Assembly (NCBI GenBank): GCA_009859145.1
Contig: VRVR01000024.1
Location: forward strand, 265,408-329,407
Length of the DNA stretch: 64,000 nt
Origin: Andalucia godoyi And28
Taxonomy: Eukaryota; Protista; Jakobida
Direction: 5' to 3'
The position numbers and the translations under genes were made by a program. Position 1 is the first letter of the stretch. Each line of letters opens with the position of its first letter. Of the stretch, positions 9,546-18,332 are shown piece after piece. Under the pieces are notes generated by a model. The model was not told the DNA's origin. It searched no databases and was given only the letters and a program-made list of their open reading frames with translations.

Positions 9546-10019
9546 AGATAAATGCTCCGCGCTCCGTTCCCAATCTCGATCAATCGGTGAGCCACTTTCT
9601 CAGCGTGACACGTTGTTCCTGAGAAGGGTGCATTTTGAGTCTGACGGCCCTAGCAGCAGGCGCTTTCGTGTCCTCAGTTGCAGCGATTGATGCAGCTGGA
9701 GATACGAGAGGAAGAGGCGGTAGGCGTAGTGACACGTGGTCTCTTAGGAGGTCTGCGGGACCTAGGAGGCCCTGTATCGAGCGGCGTAGGCGTAGGCGAA
9801 TGCGTCATCCTAGCGCACTCACGCCCATATTTGAATTAATAAAGCGGAATCAAACGAATGATAGAATAGATGGCTACGGATGCTGCGTTAAAGAGTGTCG
9901 AAAATGCGGAGCCTGTGTCACAGGCTGTGAAACAAACGTGCTAGTGTCGGCCAGCATTGACCGTGTCTGTTTATGGATACTTCCCTTCCGTATGCATGAC
10001 AATGACGTGTTATTATTCA
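9433..10019 (-). mobile_element. Non-autonomous, internally deleted Fanzor2/TnpB (IS607-like OMEGA) element, 587 bp
   Basis: Flanked by a 3-nt direct repeat (ACG at 9430-9432 and 10020-10022). Excision restores GAC ACC GTC AAG TAC (DTVKY) of the ankyrin gene. Contains TnpB/Fanzor N-terminal and RuvC-III motifs and a structured 3' end. Confidence 0.85.
9485..9808 (-). pseudogene. Fanzor/TnpB nuclease remnant (N-terminus fused to RuvC-III, central part deleted, frameshifted)
   Basis: ATG at 9808 gives MTHSPTPTPLDTGPPRSRRPPKRPRV. In a shifted frame, RAVRLKMHPSQEQRVTLRKW starts at 9651. IDRDW lies at 9584-9570, then one extra G, then NGARSIYLKNAVRRVGAYPLPGNGMQD* at 9568-9485. Confidence 0.85.
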
Positions 10020-10363
10020 ACGGTGTCCAATTGCCCACGATTTACCACCCACTGCATTGGGTTTGTGCCTGTGCTGCTGCAGACGCCAGCTCCAGAGAGA
10101 TCCACAGCTCCTGTGGCAACAAGATGCCTTGCGATATCCGTCCGAGCAAGGAAACATGCACACGTAAATGCCTCATTCAGCGCAGCGGAGTCACTGTCGA
10201 ACATCTCTGCGTCGTACCACTTCATGAATGGCGACTGCTGCTGCTGCTGACGAGGTTGGCAATCATAATCATCATCATCAGGCACACACGGCGTGAACAC
10301 GGGTTCCAAATCCGAAAAGTCCCCGGAGAGCAGTTGTTCAACAACACGATCGAAATGCTCCAC
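10020..10363 (-). pseudogene. 5' half of the interrupted bacterial-type ankyrin-repeat gene
   Basis: Reads (V)EHFDRVVEQLLSGDFSDLEPVF...ALNEAFTCACFLARTDIARHLV...TGTNPMQWVVNRGQLDTV. Begins at GTG with an in-frame stop shortly upstream, and runs into TAA TAA just inside the insert. Confidence 0.85.
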
Positions 10364-10685
10364 AGCGTGCGCAAGTAGCGCGTGGTATTAACGGGGTAGG
10401 TGACATGGAGGAGGCCCTCAGAGTTTCAGACAGTGCATCACGTGGGTCTCTGTCGGGAGTCCTTTTTGAGATGCTGCCGACATCTTCGAATGACCGTGAC
10501 ACTTTTGTTCCGCATTTTACTTTTGGTGTTTTTGTCCTCAACGATCCGGTGAGAAATACGGACCCGAAGACCGGAGGCTTCACGCACTTTTGACGCGTTC
10601 TGATGGAGATGCAACCCTTTTTTCTTTCGCTTCGTGTTTTCCTGGCAACTTCTTCTTCTTCTTCTTCCCGTTTCGTGGATCGGAA

Positions 10686-12086
10686 ATGGCGGAATATAGG
10701 AAGAAACAAAAAGCACCGGCACCGTCTTTGACTGCTTCCGTATCGACGACGAGCACTCTCAAAGATCTTGGGATCTGCAACTGCAAATCGGGATGTGAAA
10801 CCTTCAGGTGCTCGTGCAAAAAAGGAGGTAGATTTTGCGACCCTACGCGCTGCGGATGCTGCAATGCGCAAAGTGCAGTCTGCAAAAACTTGGATCCTTC
10901 AGAAGAGTTTGTGAACTTGTCTCTCGAGGAAGGGGGATCTACCGTGCCACCGGTTTTCGGAGGTGACGCGACAGACGTGGAGATTTCTCGGCTCGATTCA
11001 ACAGAGGGTCTGTTTGTCTATTCTTGGAACATTCAGTCGTTTGGTGGACGTATCGTCGGTCAGAATGGAGATCTCTTGCAGCGGTTCCAGCACCAACGAA
11101 ACACGGTGGTCCGCACGATCCTGCATCAAAAGAATCTCGATGTGATCTTCATTATCGAGGTGATGAATGTCGATGCGGTCAAACAAGTGCATGAAATGCT
11201 GAATGCTGCAATCGACAAGAGACACGCTGCGACGTGTGTGCTAGCGAAAAGTGGAAATCCGTCCACCGCAAAGTCTTGCGACTGCGAGAGCAGCAAATTT
11301 GACTCCTGTTGCGTTCCCGTTGGAACTGGGTACAATATTTCCACTCAGGATCGCACGCATCCCGAGTTCCTCGGCGTCCTGGTGCGACGCAAGTTTTCGG
11401 ATCCGCGATTTTCGTTTTATGATAATGATACAAGAGGGCTGCTGGAGGTTGCAAAAGAGTACTATGGACCTAGTGTGTCTGGGCGTGTTTGGAAGCGCCT
11501 CCCCGTACTGCTCAAGCCCATTCGAGTCGTGGAAAAATCTCAGAAGACAAGCGGTACCAAAGAATCCACATTGAGGCTCGCTTGTTTTCATTTATGTTCT
11601 GACTCCTCGCATAACATGTTGCAGCTGAATGGAGAGCACCGGGAGCTTCCTGATCTATGGAAATGGATGGCAGCCTCTACGGAGGATGCGTCTGCATCGG
11701 CGGATGCACAACCGACCATTTATCCAATTTTGATTGGAGACATGAACCGCAATCCATCCGCCCGCTCTTACGAGCAACTGCGTCGAGTGGCAAGTTGCGC
11801 AATTTTCGAAGCAACCAACATGGGCGAGACGCCCCAAACGTACGATCATGTTTGGGTTTGCAAGTCATGGTTTTCTGCAGCTTGTTTCCGAGCGGGGGTG
11901 ATTCGATCGTATCCATTCGAAGATATTTCCACGACGTACGCTCCAGAAATCAGCTCGGAAGACTCCACAGTGAGTTCTGCAGCACATCTGCAGCGCGTGC
12001 CATTCCGCGAGTATACCCTCGAGGAATTGAAAAAGTATTTTGACCATTATTTGATCTGGACTGCTATTCAGCCTCCGTTTCCCTGA
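10686..12086 (+). CDS. CXC/CRC-like Cys-rich domain fused to an endonuclease/exonuclease/phosphatase (DNase I-like EEP) domain
   Basis: N-terminal CNCKSGCETFRCSCKKGGRFCDPTRCGCC. EEP motifs SWNIQSF, IFIIEV, LACFHL, ILIGDMNRNP, TYDHVWV and FDHYLIW. ATG at 10686. Confidence 0.8.
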   Translation: MAEYRKKQKAPAPSLTASVSTTSTLKDLGICNCKSGCETFRCSCKKGGRFCDPTRCGCCNAQSAVCKNLDPSEEFVNLSLEEGGSTVPPVFGGDATDVEISRLDSTEGLFVYSWNIQSFGGRIVGQNGDLLQRFQHQRNTVVRTILHQKNLDVIFIIEVMNVDAVKQVHEMLNAAIDKRHAATCVLAKSGNPSTAKSCDCESSKFDSCCVPVGTGYNISTQDRTHPEFLGVLVRRKFSDPRFSFYDNDTRGLLEVAKEYYGPSVSGRVWKRLPVLLKPIRVVEKSQKTSGTKESTLRLACFHLCSDSSHNMLQLNGEHRELPDLWKWMAASTEDASASADAQPTIYPILIGDMNRNPSARSYEQLRRVASCAIFEATNMGETPQTYDHVWVCKSWFSAACFRAGVIRSYPFEDISTTYAPEISSEDSTVSSAAHLQRVPFREYTLEELKKYFDHYLIWTAIQPPFP

Positions 12087-12147
12087 GTGTCGACTAAAAA
12101 CTCGGTAATACCAAGTATATTTTCCCTCTTTCTTTTCCTGGCTTTTT

Positions 12148-13131
12148 TCAATCCCGTACATGAGCTTGCGGAAACACCGGCGGATGGTGGAGTCCCAGCT
12201 CGCTGTGGCTTCTGATGTTGGTTTTGCTTCCCTTGGAGGGTGAGGTGCGAGACTTTGCATTATGAGAAAGATACTTGTTCAGAATGCCATTTGCTTTCCC
12301 CAACAGCACTCCAGGCGATCCTGTCGCGGACGATGCAGTGTACAGCGAGTGGAACAATGCTGTTGGTGGTTTCCTCACTCCCGCCGCTGCAGAAAATGGC
12401 GAATGCACGGGTGCTGGGTATGTTGTCTGATCCGCTCGGTCTGCAACGATTGTACTCTTGTCGGCACCACGAAGAAACCCTTCCAGAAACGAGCTTTCGT
12501 CGAACGAAGCACTCAGCAGCAATCGCGACGTTGCGTCGAGATCGACAGTCGTTCCGCAAAGCGAGTGGGTGTTCGGTGCTTGCTCACTCATAAAACCATC
12601 TCTTACTGTATCTAAAGCAAGCAAACTCTCAAGAACTTGCGCAGGGGTCTTGGTTTGTAACAGAATCGGGCGGTCTCCATTCCCGCGGTCGTGCATGGTC
12701 TCGGTTTGTGGTGGCCAGAGGGAGATTCCCGGTTCTGCAGTTTTCTGTTCGAGGACGCTCGCTCGTTCTTTCCATTCATGAACATGTAGCATCAGCTTCT
12801 TATTCTCGGCCTTCAAAGCCCTGAGTTCACCGTCTCTTTTTTGCACGCTCTTTTGCAGTTGTGACTGTATTTCAGTCATGGACTGCAGCTCCTCTTCGTG
12901 CGCAGTCCGCATCTGATTCATTTGCTCCAGAAGAGAAGTGCACATTTGACGATACGACTCGTTGAGTTTCTGAAGCTCAGTCTCGTTTTTTCGGGCTAAT
13001 TCAGTCTCTTTCCGGTACTCTTCCAACTGGTCCATCATCTGCATGGACTTCGACAGCACAATTTCTTTGAGTGCGTCATTCCGTTCTTTAATCTCCTCGA
13101 ACTCCACACGCTCATGGTTCGCAGCCAGCAT
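12148..13131 (-). CDS. Hypothetical coiled-coil protein
   Basis: ORF from MLAANHERVEF. About 120 aa of heptad-rich coiled coil followed by low-complexity sequence. Confidence 0.65.
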   Translation of the reverse strand: MLAANHERVEFEEIKERNDALKEIVLSKSMQMMDQLEEYRKETELARKNETELQKLNESYRQMCTSLLEQMNQMRTAHEEELQSMTEIQSQLQKSVQKRDGELRALKAENKKLMLHVHEWKERASVLEQKTAEPGISLWPPQTETMHDRGNGDRPILLQTKTPAQVLESLLALDTVRDGFMSEQAPNTHSLCGTTVDLDATSRLLLSASFDESSFLEGFLRGADKSTIVADRADQTTYPAPVHSPFSAAAGVRKPPTALFHSLYTASSATGSPGVLLGKANGILNKYLSHNAKSRTSPSKGSKTNIRSHSELGLHHPPVFPQAHVRD

Positions 13132-13547
13132 CTCGGCCGATTTTTCTCGATCTCGTATCCAAGAAAATGTAACAAAATAAACACGGTATGCACAGAAATG
13201 AGCAAACAGAAACAATAAATATACAAGGAAAACAGTCCAGATTAATTACACTCTTGTCTGCAGTACTTAATCGAAAACAATTAAAAATGCAACTGGCGTA
13301 GGGAATGTCCGCCGTCATAATCGAAGGACATGGTGGGATTCTCTGTCTTGTGGAAGTTCACATTCCACAAAACATGTCTTTTCGGATTTGCCTTTCATCG
13401 GATTTCTCTCGTGTTTTCTTATTCACTTATCCGTTTCATTTACCCATTTCTTCCTCTTTAAAAACAAACAACAACAACACCACCACCACCGACAACAACA
13501 ACTACAGCAGCAATACACAGAGGTAGTAGTTAAGAGAATCGGTCTGT

Positions 13548-16500
13548 ATGAAGTTCAATCCGTTTCAGAACAGCAATAGCAACAGCAGCGGCAGTGCTAC
13601 CAGTGCGCCGTCCAAAGAACCGACGTCCAATGGTAATCCGCCACCTTCTGCGCTGTCTCCTGAGGATCGCCGATCGGCAAATTCATCTTCGTTTTCTCGC
13701 ACTCCGTCTAAGCCATCCCAGTCTTCTGCCATTAGTTCTTCTCCGTCCGTCCCGATGAACCTGCATCAAAAGGCAAGTCCGGCTCCTGAGACCGCGGCCA
13801 AGCGACCGCTTGTTCCAAAAATCCGAAGTCGAGCACAGAGACATTGGGATGTTTTGCGAGTTGCGGTGAAGACAGGAGCGTTTTCAAGTCTCGGCTGGAA
13901 GTTTGCTCTTCATTCCACCCTTGGAGAAAACGCAATGGAGATCAAGGAGAATTTCTCATCAAGTATCGGAATTGGTTTTTTGAACGCGCTGCCTGCGGAT
14001 GGGGGTGTAGCGGCAAGAAGGAGCGATAAGAAGAAAAAATACTCGCGTTCCGGTGAGCAGGCTGTGGCGCTGGAGAAGTCGTTGGCGCAGATTGATGAGG
14101 ACGAAGCACAGATCGGCGTTGGCGAAGACGGAGATGAGATTTTGTCGGTCACCGCAAGTTCGGCTACTGCTGCGCAGTCAGCGAAGCCAATGGTATCCGA
14201 GTCCAAAGATGATTTTTCAAAGGGATCAGAAGGAGCTTCGCAGCTGCCTCCGGATGTCGAAGAGTCTGTAATGCCGCTTTCGCAGCTGCTGGGAGGCGCA
14301 ATGCAGCTGATCCAAGAGCCGACAACAGAGAAGCGGCTTAGTGCAGAAGACGTTGAAGTGTACACTCGCGTTCTTGCAGCCTTGCTGTTTCGACCGCACC
14401 GGTACTTTCCGAATGCACTGATCCGATTGTACTTTCCGCATCTTTCACAAAAAATCACAAAGATTGTGCGATCGGGCAATCACGAGATGGATGTTTCCTT
14501 GCTTCAAAATGCATTTGATGTGAATGGAACAAACAATTTGGGGCTGATGTCCAACGTGAGAAAGCGCTATTCGCAGCTCTATCTCAACAAATCGAGAAAC
14601 TCGGAAAAGAAGCTGAAAATGAGCATGAATCTTGCCAAGGATGCCGAAGCTGGGATGCTGAGAGCGACGCTGTTCCGCGTTCGAAGATTACGAGCACTTG
14701 CAAAATCCGATCCGTTGGTCAACAGTCTGTGGAATGACAATCTGGATGAGGCCGAACTTCTCATGTTTTCAGAAAAGAACGTGGACAAGCTGAAGCGGGT
14801 GAAGAACCAAGTGAAGAAGGTTCCGCAGCATCTGCTAGAATTAATTCGGCTGAAGAAAAAATCAGGCGCCATTGGGCATGTTGCCGTGCAGATTCTCGAG
14901 TGCAGGAACTTGTACCCCAAGGATTGGTCCGGTGCTTCTGATGATGCGTTTGTGAATATTTGCTACAATAACGCAAACTACCACAAGACGAGTGTGGTTC
15001 ACAAGTCACTGAATCCAAAGTGGGAAAACGAAATATTTTCGTTTGACGTGACGTCGAAAGACCCCTCCAATGCGGTATTCTTGCAGGTCTGGGACAAGGA
15101 CACGTTTGCGTTTCGCAACGATTTCCTTGGGCAATTGACAATTCAAGTCTCCGGGCTGGTTCCAGGTCAGCCTTTGGACAAGTGGTTCATGTTGCAGAAG
15201 AGGTCCACAAAGTCCAGAATCTCGGGAGAAATCCATCTGCTGGTGTTATACGAGGAGTTTGCGGATGAGAACCAGGCAGCAGGCGGTGAAATCCATCGGG
15301 GCGACGGCGACCAAACGGAATCAAGTCCGTTATCGGACTCGTTCTGGACTCGCAACGAACCTTACGATGACGAGATCATTAATGAAATGGTACGTGCATT
15401 GATTAAGAAGATTGTGCTCAGAGTGGCGTCTTCTGGATCGTTTCCTCCTGAGGTTCTCCCTGCCCTCGCGTATCGCGTGCTCTTGAATGTTGCACTTTTC
15501 TATGGCATTGATCCTTTGAGGATGCAATGCCTCCTCTGTCAATCGTTTGCTCAGATTTGGGGGTGTCGCGAGTATGAAGAAATCAACAGCATGCCTACTC
15601 CCTTCCAGGCATTCCGCAAAGTGTTTGGCACTGTTTTAGACGACGATCAGGAGCACAACAAGTATTTTCGAACGATATTTGACAAGGGTGATGAAACGCA
15701 AACGCCTGTGCTCATTCTTCGTGTTAGCGCTGTGGGGGAAATTTGCGAACTCGGGTTGGACTTCCTCCGCCAGTTTGATCGAGTGTTTGCGGAAGACGGC
15801 AAGGGCTTCGGAATGGCGATTGCGTTTGCGAAGCTCATGTCCACGTATCCCTTGGTTCTGCACTTGGAGCCGTCCTATGGAAATTTGCCCGAGTTCATCG
15901 AATCTGTCGTGCAATTCAAAGCAGACAAGAACATCAAACATTGGAAAAACAGCTTTGAGACCATGTGGGAGACGAGAACTGCGGAGACGAAGAAGAAACT
16001 TGCCGAACGGCTGCTACAGACGCAAGACGATTTCGACAGGGACCAAAAGCAAATACGAAATTCAGCGAACGGCAGAATCGGCTCCAAGGATGTTGCGGAA
16101 GATCGAGGAAATGGTCCAAAGTCTCAAAATCACATTTCTCTGTCCATGTTTACAAAATCTGCCCCCGCTGCGAAATCGCAGGTTGCGGTGGCCAATCTTC
16201 CAACGAAAGAACAGGAAATGGTGGAAGAGATTCTATTTTACATCTCAAAAATGACGGAGGATTTTGACGCATTTTATGACGAGTTTGCTTCCTTTATTCC
16301 TGCTTGGACATCTTTCTTTGACATTCTCGCTAGGCTGTACTTCACACATGTGCGGACCTTGGTGGATGAGTATTTTAAAGAGCGCGCTCGTATCGGGACC
16401 CAGCAGCAGCACGCGATTCAAATCATACCTGGTCTGCGGTTCATGCAAGATCGATTTTCCTTTGCACTGGCTGGCACGGATGCGGATTATGATATTGACA

Positions 16501-17879
16501 GTCATTTTGCGATTGACATTGACGAATTCGTGCGCAATTTGGAGGAGCAGATTCTGCGTCTTGTGGAAGCACTGCTGATGGCTGATCAATTTGTCCCGCT
16601 TTCCAAGGACACGAACATTTCGACGTCCGTCATCGACTTTTTCTCCTTGCTGTATCAGACTTTTGCCGCCTTTTCGAAGTTGGTGCCGCCGCCATTGGCA
16701 ACGATCGATCCTTCTGTGGAATCCGCGTCGTTCGATGCCGGTGACGAGGTGGAAATTTCGCAGAAATCACCGGGGACTGACGCCACCGATGTTGGTCTCC
16801 GTGGGATATGGCACTGCAAATTTGCGTCGATTATGGCTGGCGGTGCGAAGACATATGTAGAAAAATTACTCAACATCGCCCTTGTGCCCATCAAACTGGC
16901 ACATGTGAGGGAGACTGGCAAGACTGCTTCCCAGTCGGCATCTGCAGCATTTTCAGGAAAGCCTGTTCGCTTGTCAGACGACAAACTGTTCTACATCATG
17001 AACAACATGATGCGAGTTGTTACAAATTTGGAAGAATTTCTCTCGAGTGATGCGATGATCTCCATGCCGTTGCAGGTCGTCAAAAGCTATGATCCGATTC
17101 GACCTGCGGTTCGGTCGTCGTTCGATTTGCTGACGATGGAAATTTCGAATATGATTCACGACGTCTACGCATTTGGACAGCTTGCAAAGGCAGTGCGTGT
17201 CAAATTCACTGCCGAAATGTCCAAGAGTAATTTCTTCACGCGCATGTTTTCTGCCAGAAAGCCCCCGCAAACGACGGCTGCCATTGATGTGGAGGCGTCT
17301 AGGGAAGACATTGACGCCCTTATGACGCGTCTTGATATGGATTTGCAACCGGCATACAGCATCCTGGACATCAAGTCGTTCCGCCGACTGCTCGGTTGCG
17401 TTTACGAGCACGCAGTGATGCGCTCGTTGCGCGAGATTTGTGTGACATTTCCCCAGTCTGCAATGTCTGAGATGGTGATTGACCACGTCCAGTCTCTTGT
17501 TCCGATCTTCCACGACTACTTTGTTTCTCCTCCTGCCGAGGGCGCAGAAATCGACAAGGATGCAGGCGGTCTGTCGCAACGGGAGTTTGACGAGGGAATC
17601 CGAAGAATGTACAAGCTGTACAACTCGTCTCCCATCAAGTCTGCCATCTTGTTTACGGTTGCCGAGCAGATCGTCGAAGATACAAAGAAGCGCGGGCAGT
17701 TCAATCCTGACGAAGACCAGGAAATTGCCTTTGCTCTCTTACTTGCCCGTGCTCAGCTTCACAAGGACAAGGAAGCCAAAAAATGCATTCAGCAACTTAC
17801 ACGTCAACTCCCAGGCGACTTTATTCTCCAAGTTGAGATTCGCTGGATCCGACCCGCCTTTGTCCTCCTTGCCAAGTGA
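13548..17879 (+). CDS. C2 domain plus MUN/MHD protein (Munc13/Unc13-like)
   Basis: C2 domain AVQILECRNLYPKDWSGASDDAFV...KSLNPKWENE...VWDKD...DFLGQ...WFMLQKRSTKSRISGEIHL, followed by a long helical region with MHD-like SVIDFFSLL and KLFYIMNNM. Confidence 0.75.
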   Translation: MKFNPFQNSNSNSSGSATSAPSKEPTSNGNPPPSALSPEDRRSANSSSFSRTPSKPSQSSAISSSPSVPMNLHQKASPAPETAAKRPLVPKIRSRAQRHWDVLRVAVKTGAFSSLGWKFALHSTLGENAMEIKENFSSSIGIGFLNALPADGGVAARRSDKKKKYSRSGEQAVALEKSLAQIDEDEAQIGVGEDGDEILSVTASSATAAQSAKPMVSESKDDFSKGSEGASQLPPDVEESVMPLSQLLGGAMQLIQEPTTEKRLSAEDVEVYTRVLAALLFRPHRYFPNALIRLYFPHLSQKITKIVRSGNHEMDVSLLQNAFDVNGTNNLGLMSNVRKRYSQLYLNKSRNSEKKLKMSMNLAKDAEAGMLRATLFRVRRLRALAKSDPLVNSLWNDNLDEAELLMFSEKNVDKLKRVKNQVKKVPQHLLELIRLKKKSGAIGHVAVQILECRNLYPKDWSGASDDAFVNICYNNANYHKTSVVHKSLNPKWENEIFSFDVTSKDPSNAVFLQVWDKDTFAFRNDFLGQLTIQVSGLVPGQPLDKWFMLQKRSTKSRISGEIHLLVLYEEFADENQAAGGEIHRGDGDQTESSPLSDSFWTRNEPYDDEIINEMVRALIKKIVLRVASSGSFPPEVLPALAYRVLLNVALFYGIDPLRMQCLLCQSFAQIWGCREYEEINSMPTPFQAFRKVFGTVLDDDQEHNKYFRTIFDKGDETQTPVLILRVSAVGEICELGLDFLRQFDRVFAEDGKGFGMAIAFAKLMSTYPLVLHLEPSYGNLPEFIESVVQFKADKNIKHWKNSFETMWETRTAETKKKLAERLLQTQDDFDRDQKQIRNSANGRIGSKDVAEDRGNGPKSQNHISLSMFTKSAPAAKSQVAVANLPTKEQEMVEEILFYISKMTEDFDAFYDEFASFIPAWTSFFDILARLYFTHVRTLVDEYFKERARIGTQQQHAIQIIPGLRFMQDRFSFALAGTDADYDIDSHFAIDIDEFVRNLEEQILRLVEALLMADQFVPLSKDTNISTSVIDFFSLLYQTFAAFSKLVPPPLATIDPSVESASFDAGDEVEISQKSPGTDATDVGLRGIWHCKFASIMAGGAKTYVEKLLNIALVPIKLAHVRETGKTASQSASAAFSGKPVRLSDDKLFYIMNNMMRVVTNLEEFLSSDAMISMPLQVVKSYDPIRPAVRSSFDLLTMEISNMIHDVYAFGQLAKAVRVKFTAEMSKSNFFTRMFSARKPPQTTAAIDVEASREDIDALMTRLDMDLQPAYSILDIKSFRRLLGCVYEHAVMRSLREICVTFPQSAMSEMVIDHVQSLVPIFHDYFVSPPAEGAEIDKDAGGLSQREFDEGIRRMYKLYNSSPIKSAILFTVAEQIVEDTKKRGQFNPDEDQEIAFALLLARAQLHKDKEAKKCIQQLTRQLPGDFILQVEIRWIRPAFVLLAK

Positions 17880-18150
17880 TCTCTTCACTCTTTGGTCTCC
17901 AAACTCGTCCCTTTTGCGTACCGAAAACGCGGGTACCTCAATCATCTATCGTAAATACAAACATTGCGAGAGCACCACTCCCAAAGCCCCGAGCCAATCA
18001 ATTCCCCCCATCTCTCTGATTTGCCCTTCCGTTTTCCTTTTCGTTTTAGCGCATCTTTGGAGGATGTCACCATCATAGCACAACAACTTTTTTCTGTATT
18101 TATTGTTATTATAGTTGTTGTTTTGATATTGTTATTGCTTATTTGTTTGC

Positions 18151-18177
18151 ATCGTATCGTATCGTATCGTATCGTAT
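18151..18177. repeat. (ATCGT)n pentanucleotide microsatellite
   Basis: About 5 tandem ATCGT units. Confidence 0.9.
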
Positions 18178-18332
18178 CATTTGGGATTTTTTGCAAAATA
18201 GCTTCCTCGTTTTCCGCTCCTTGACTGTTCTTGACTTTTTTATTTATCACATCCATCATTAATATTGGTTTTTATTATCTTTAGAGTTGTCGGCACGGCC
18301 TCCTGCATTTCTCTGCTTTTCTGTAATATTTG

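Noticed and set aside
9437-10021. The insert as a spliceosomal intron (minus-strand GTTGAA...TGTAG)
   Set aside because: Splicing at these sites gives ACC GCG TCA AGT ACT TGA (frameshift and stop); using the CAG acceptor also hits a stop. No group I core was recognised either.
9635-10378. 247-aa plus-strand ORF across the element and ankyrin 5' half
   Set aside because: It is the antisense shadow of the minus-strand features, crosses the insertion boundary, and has no motif.
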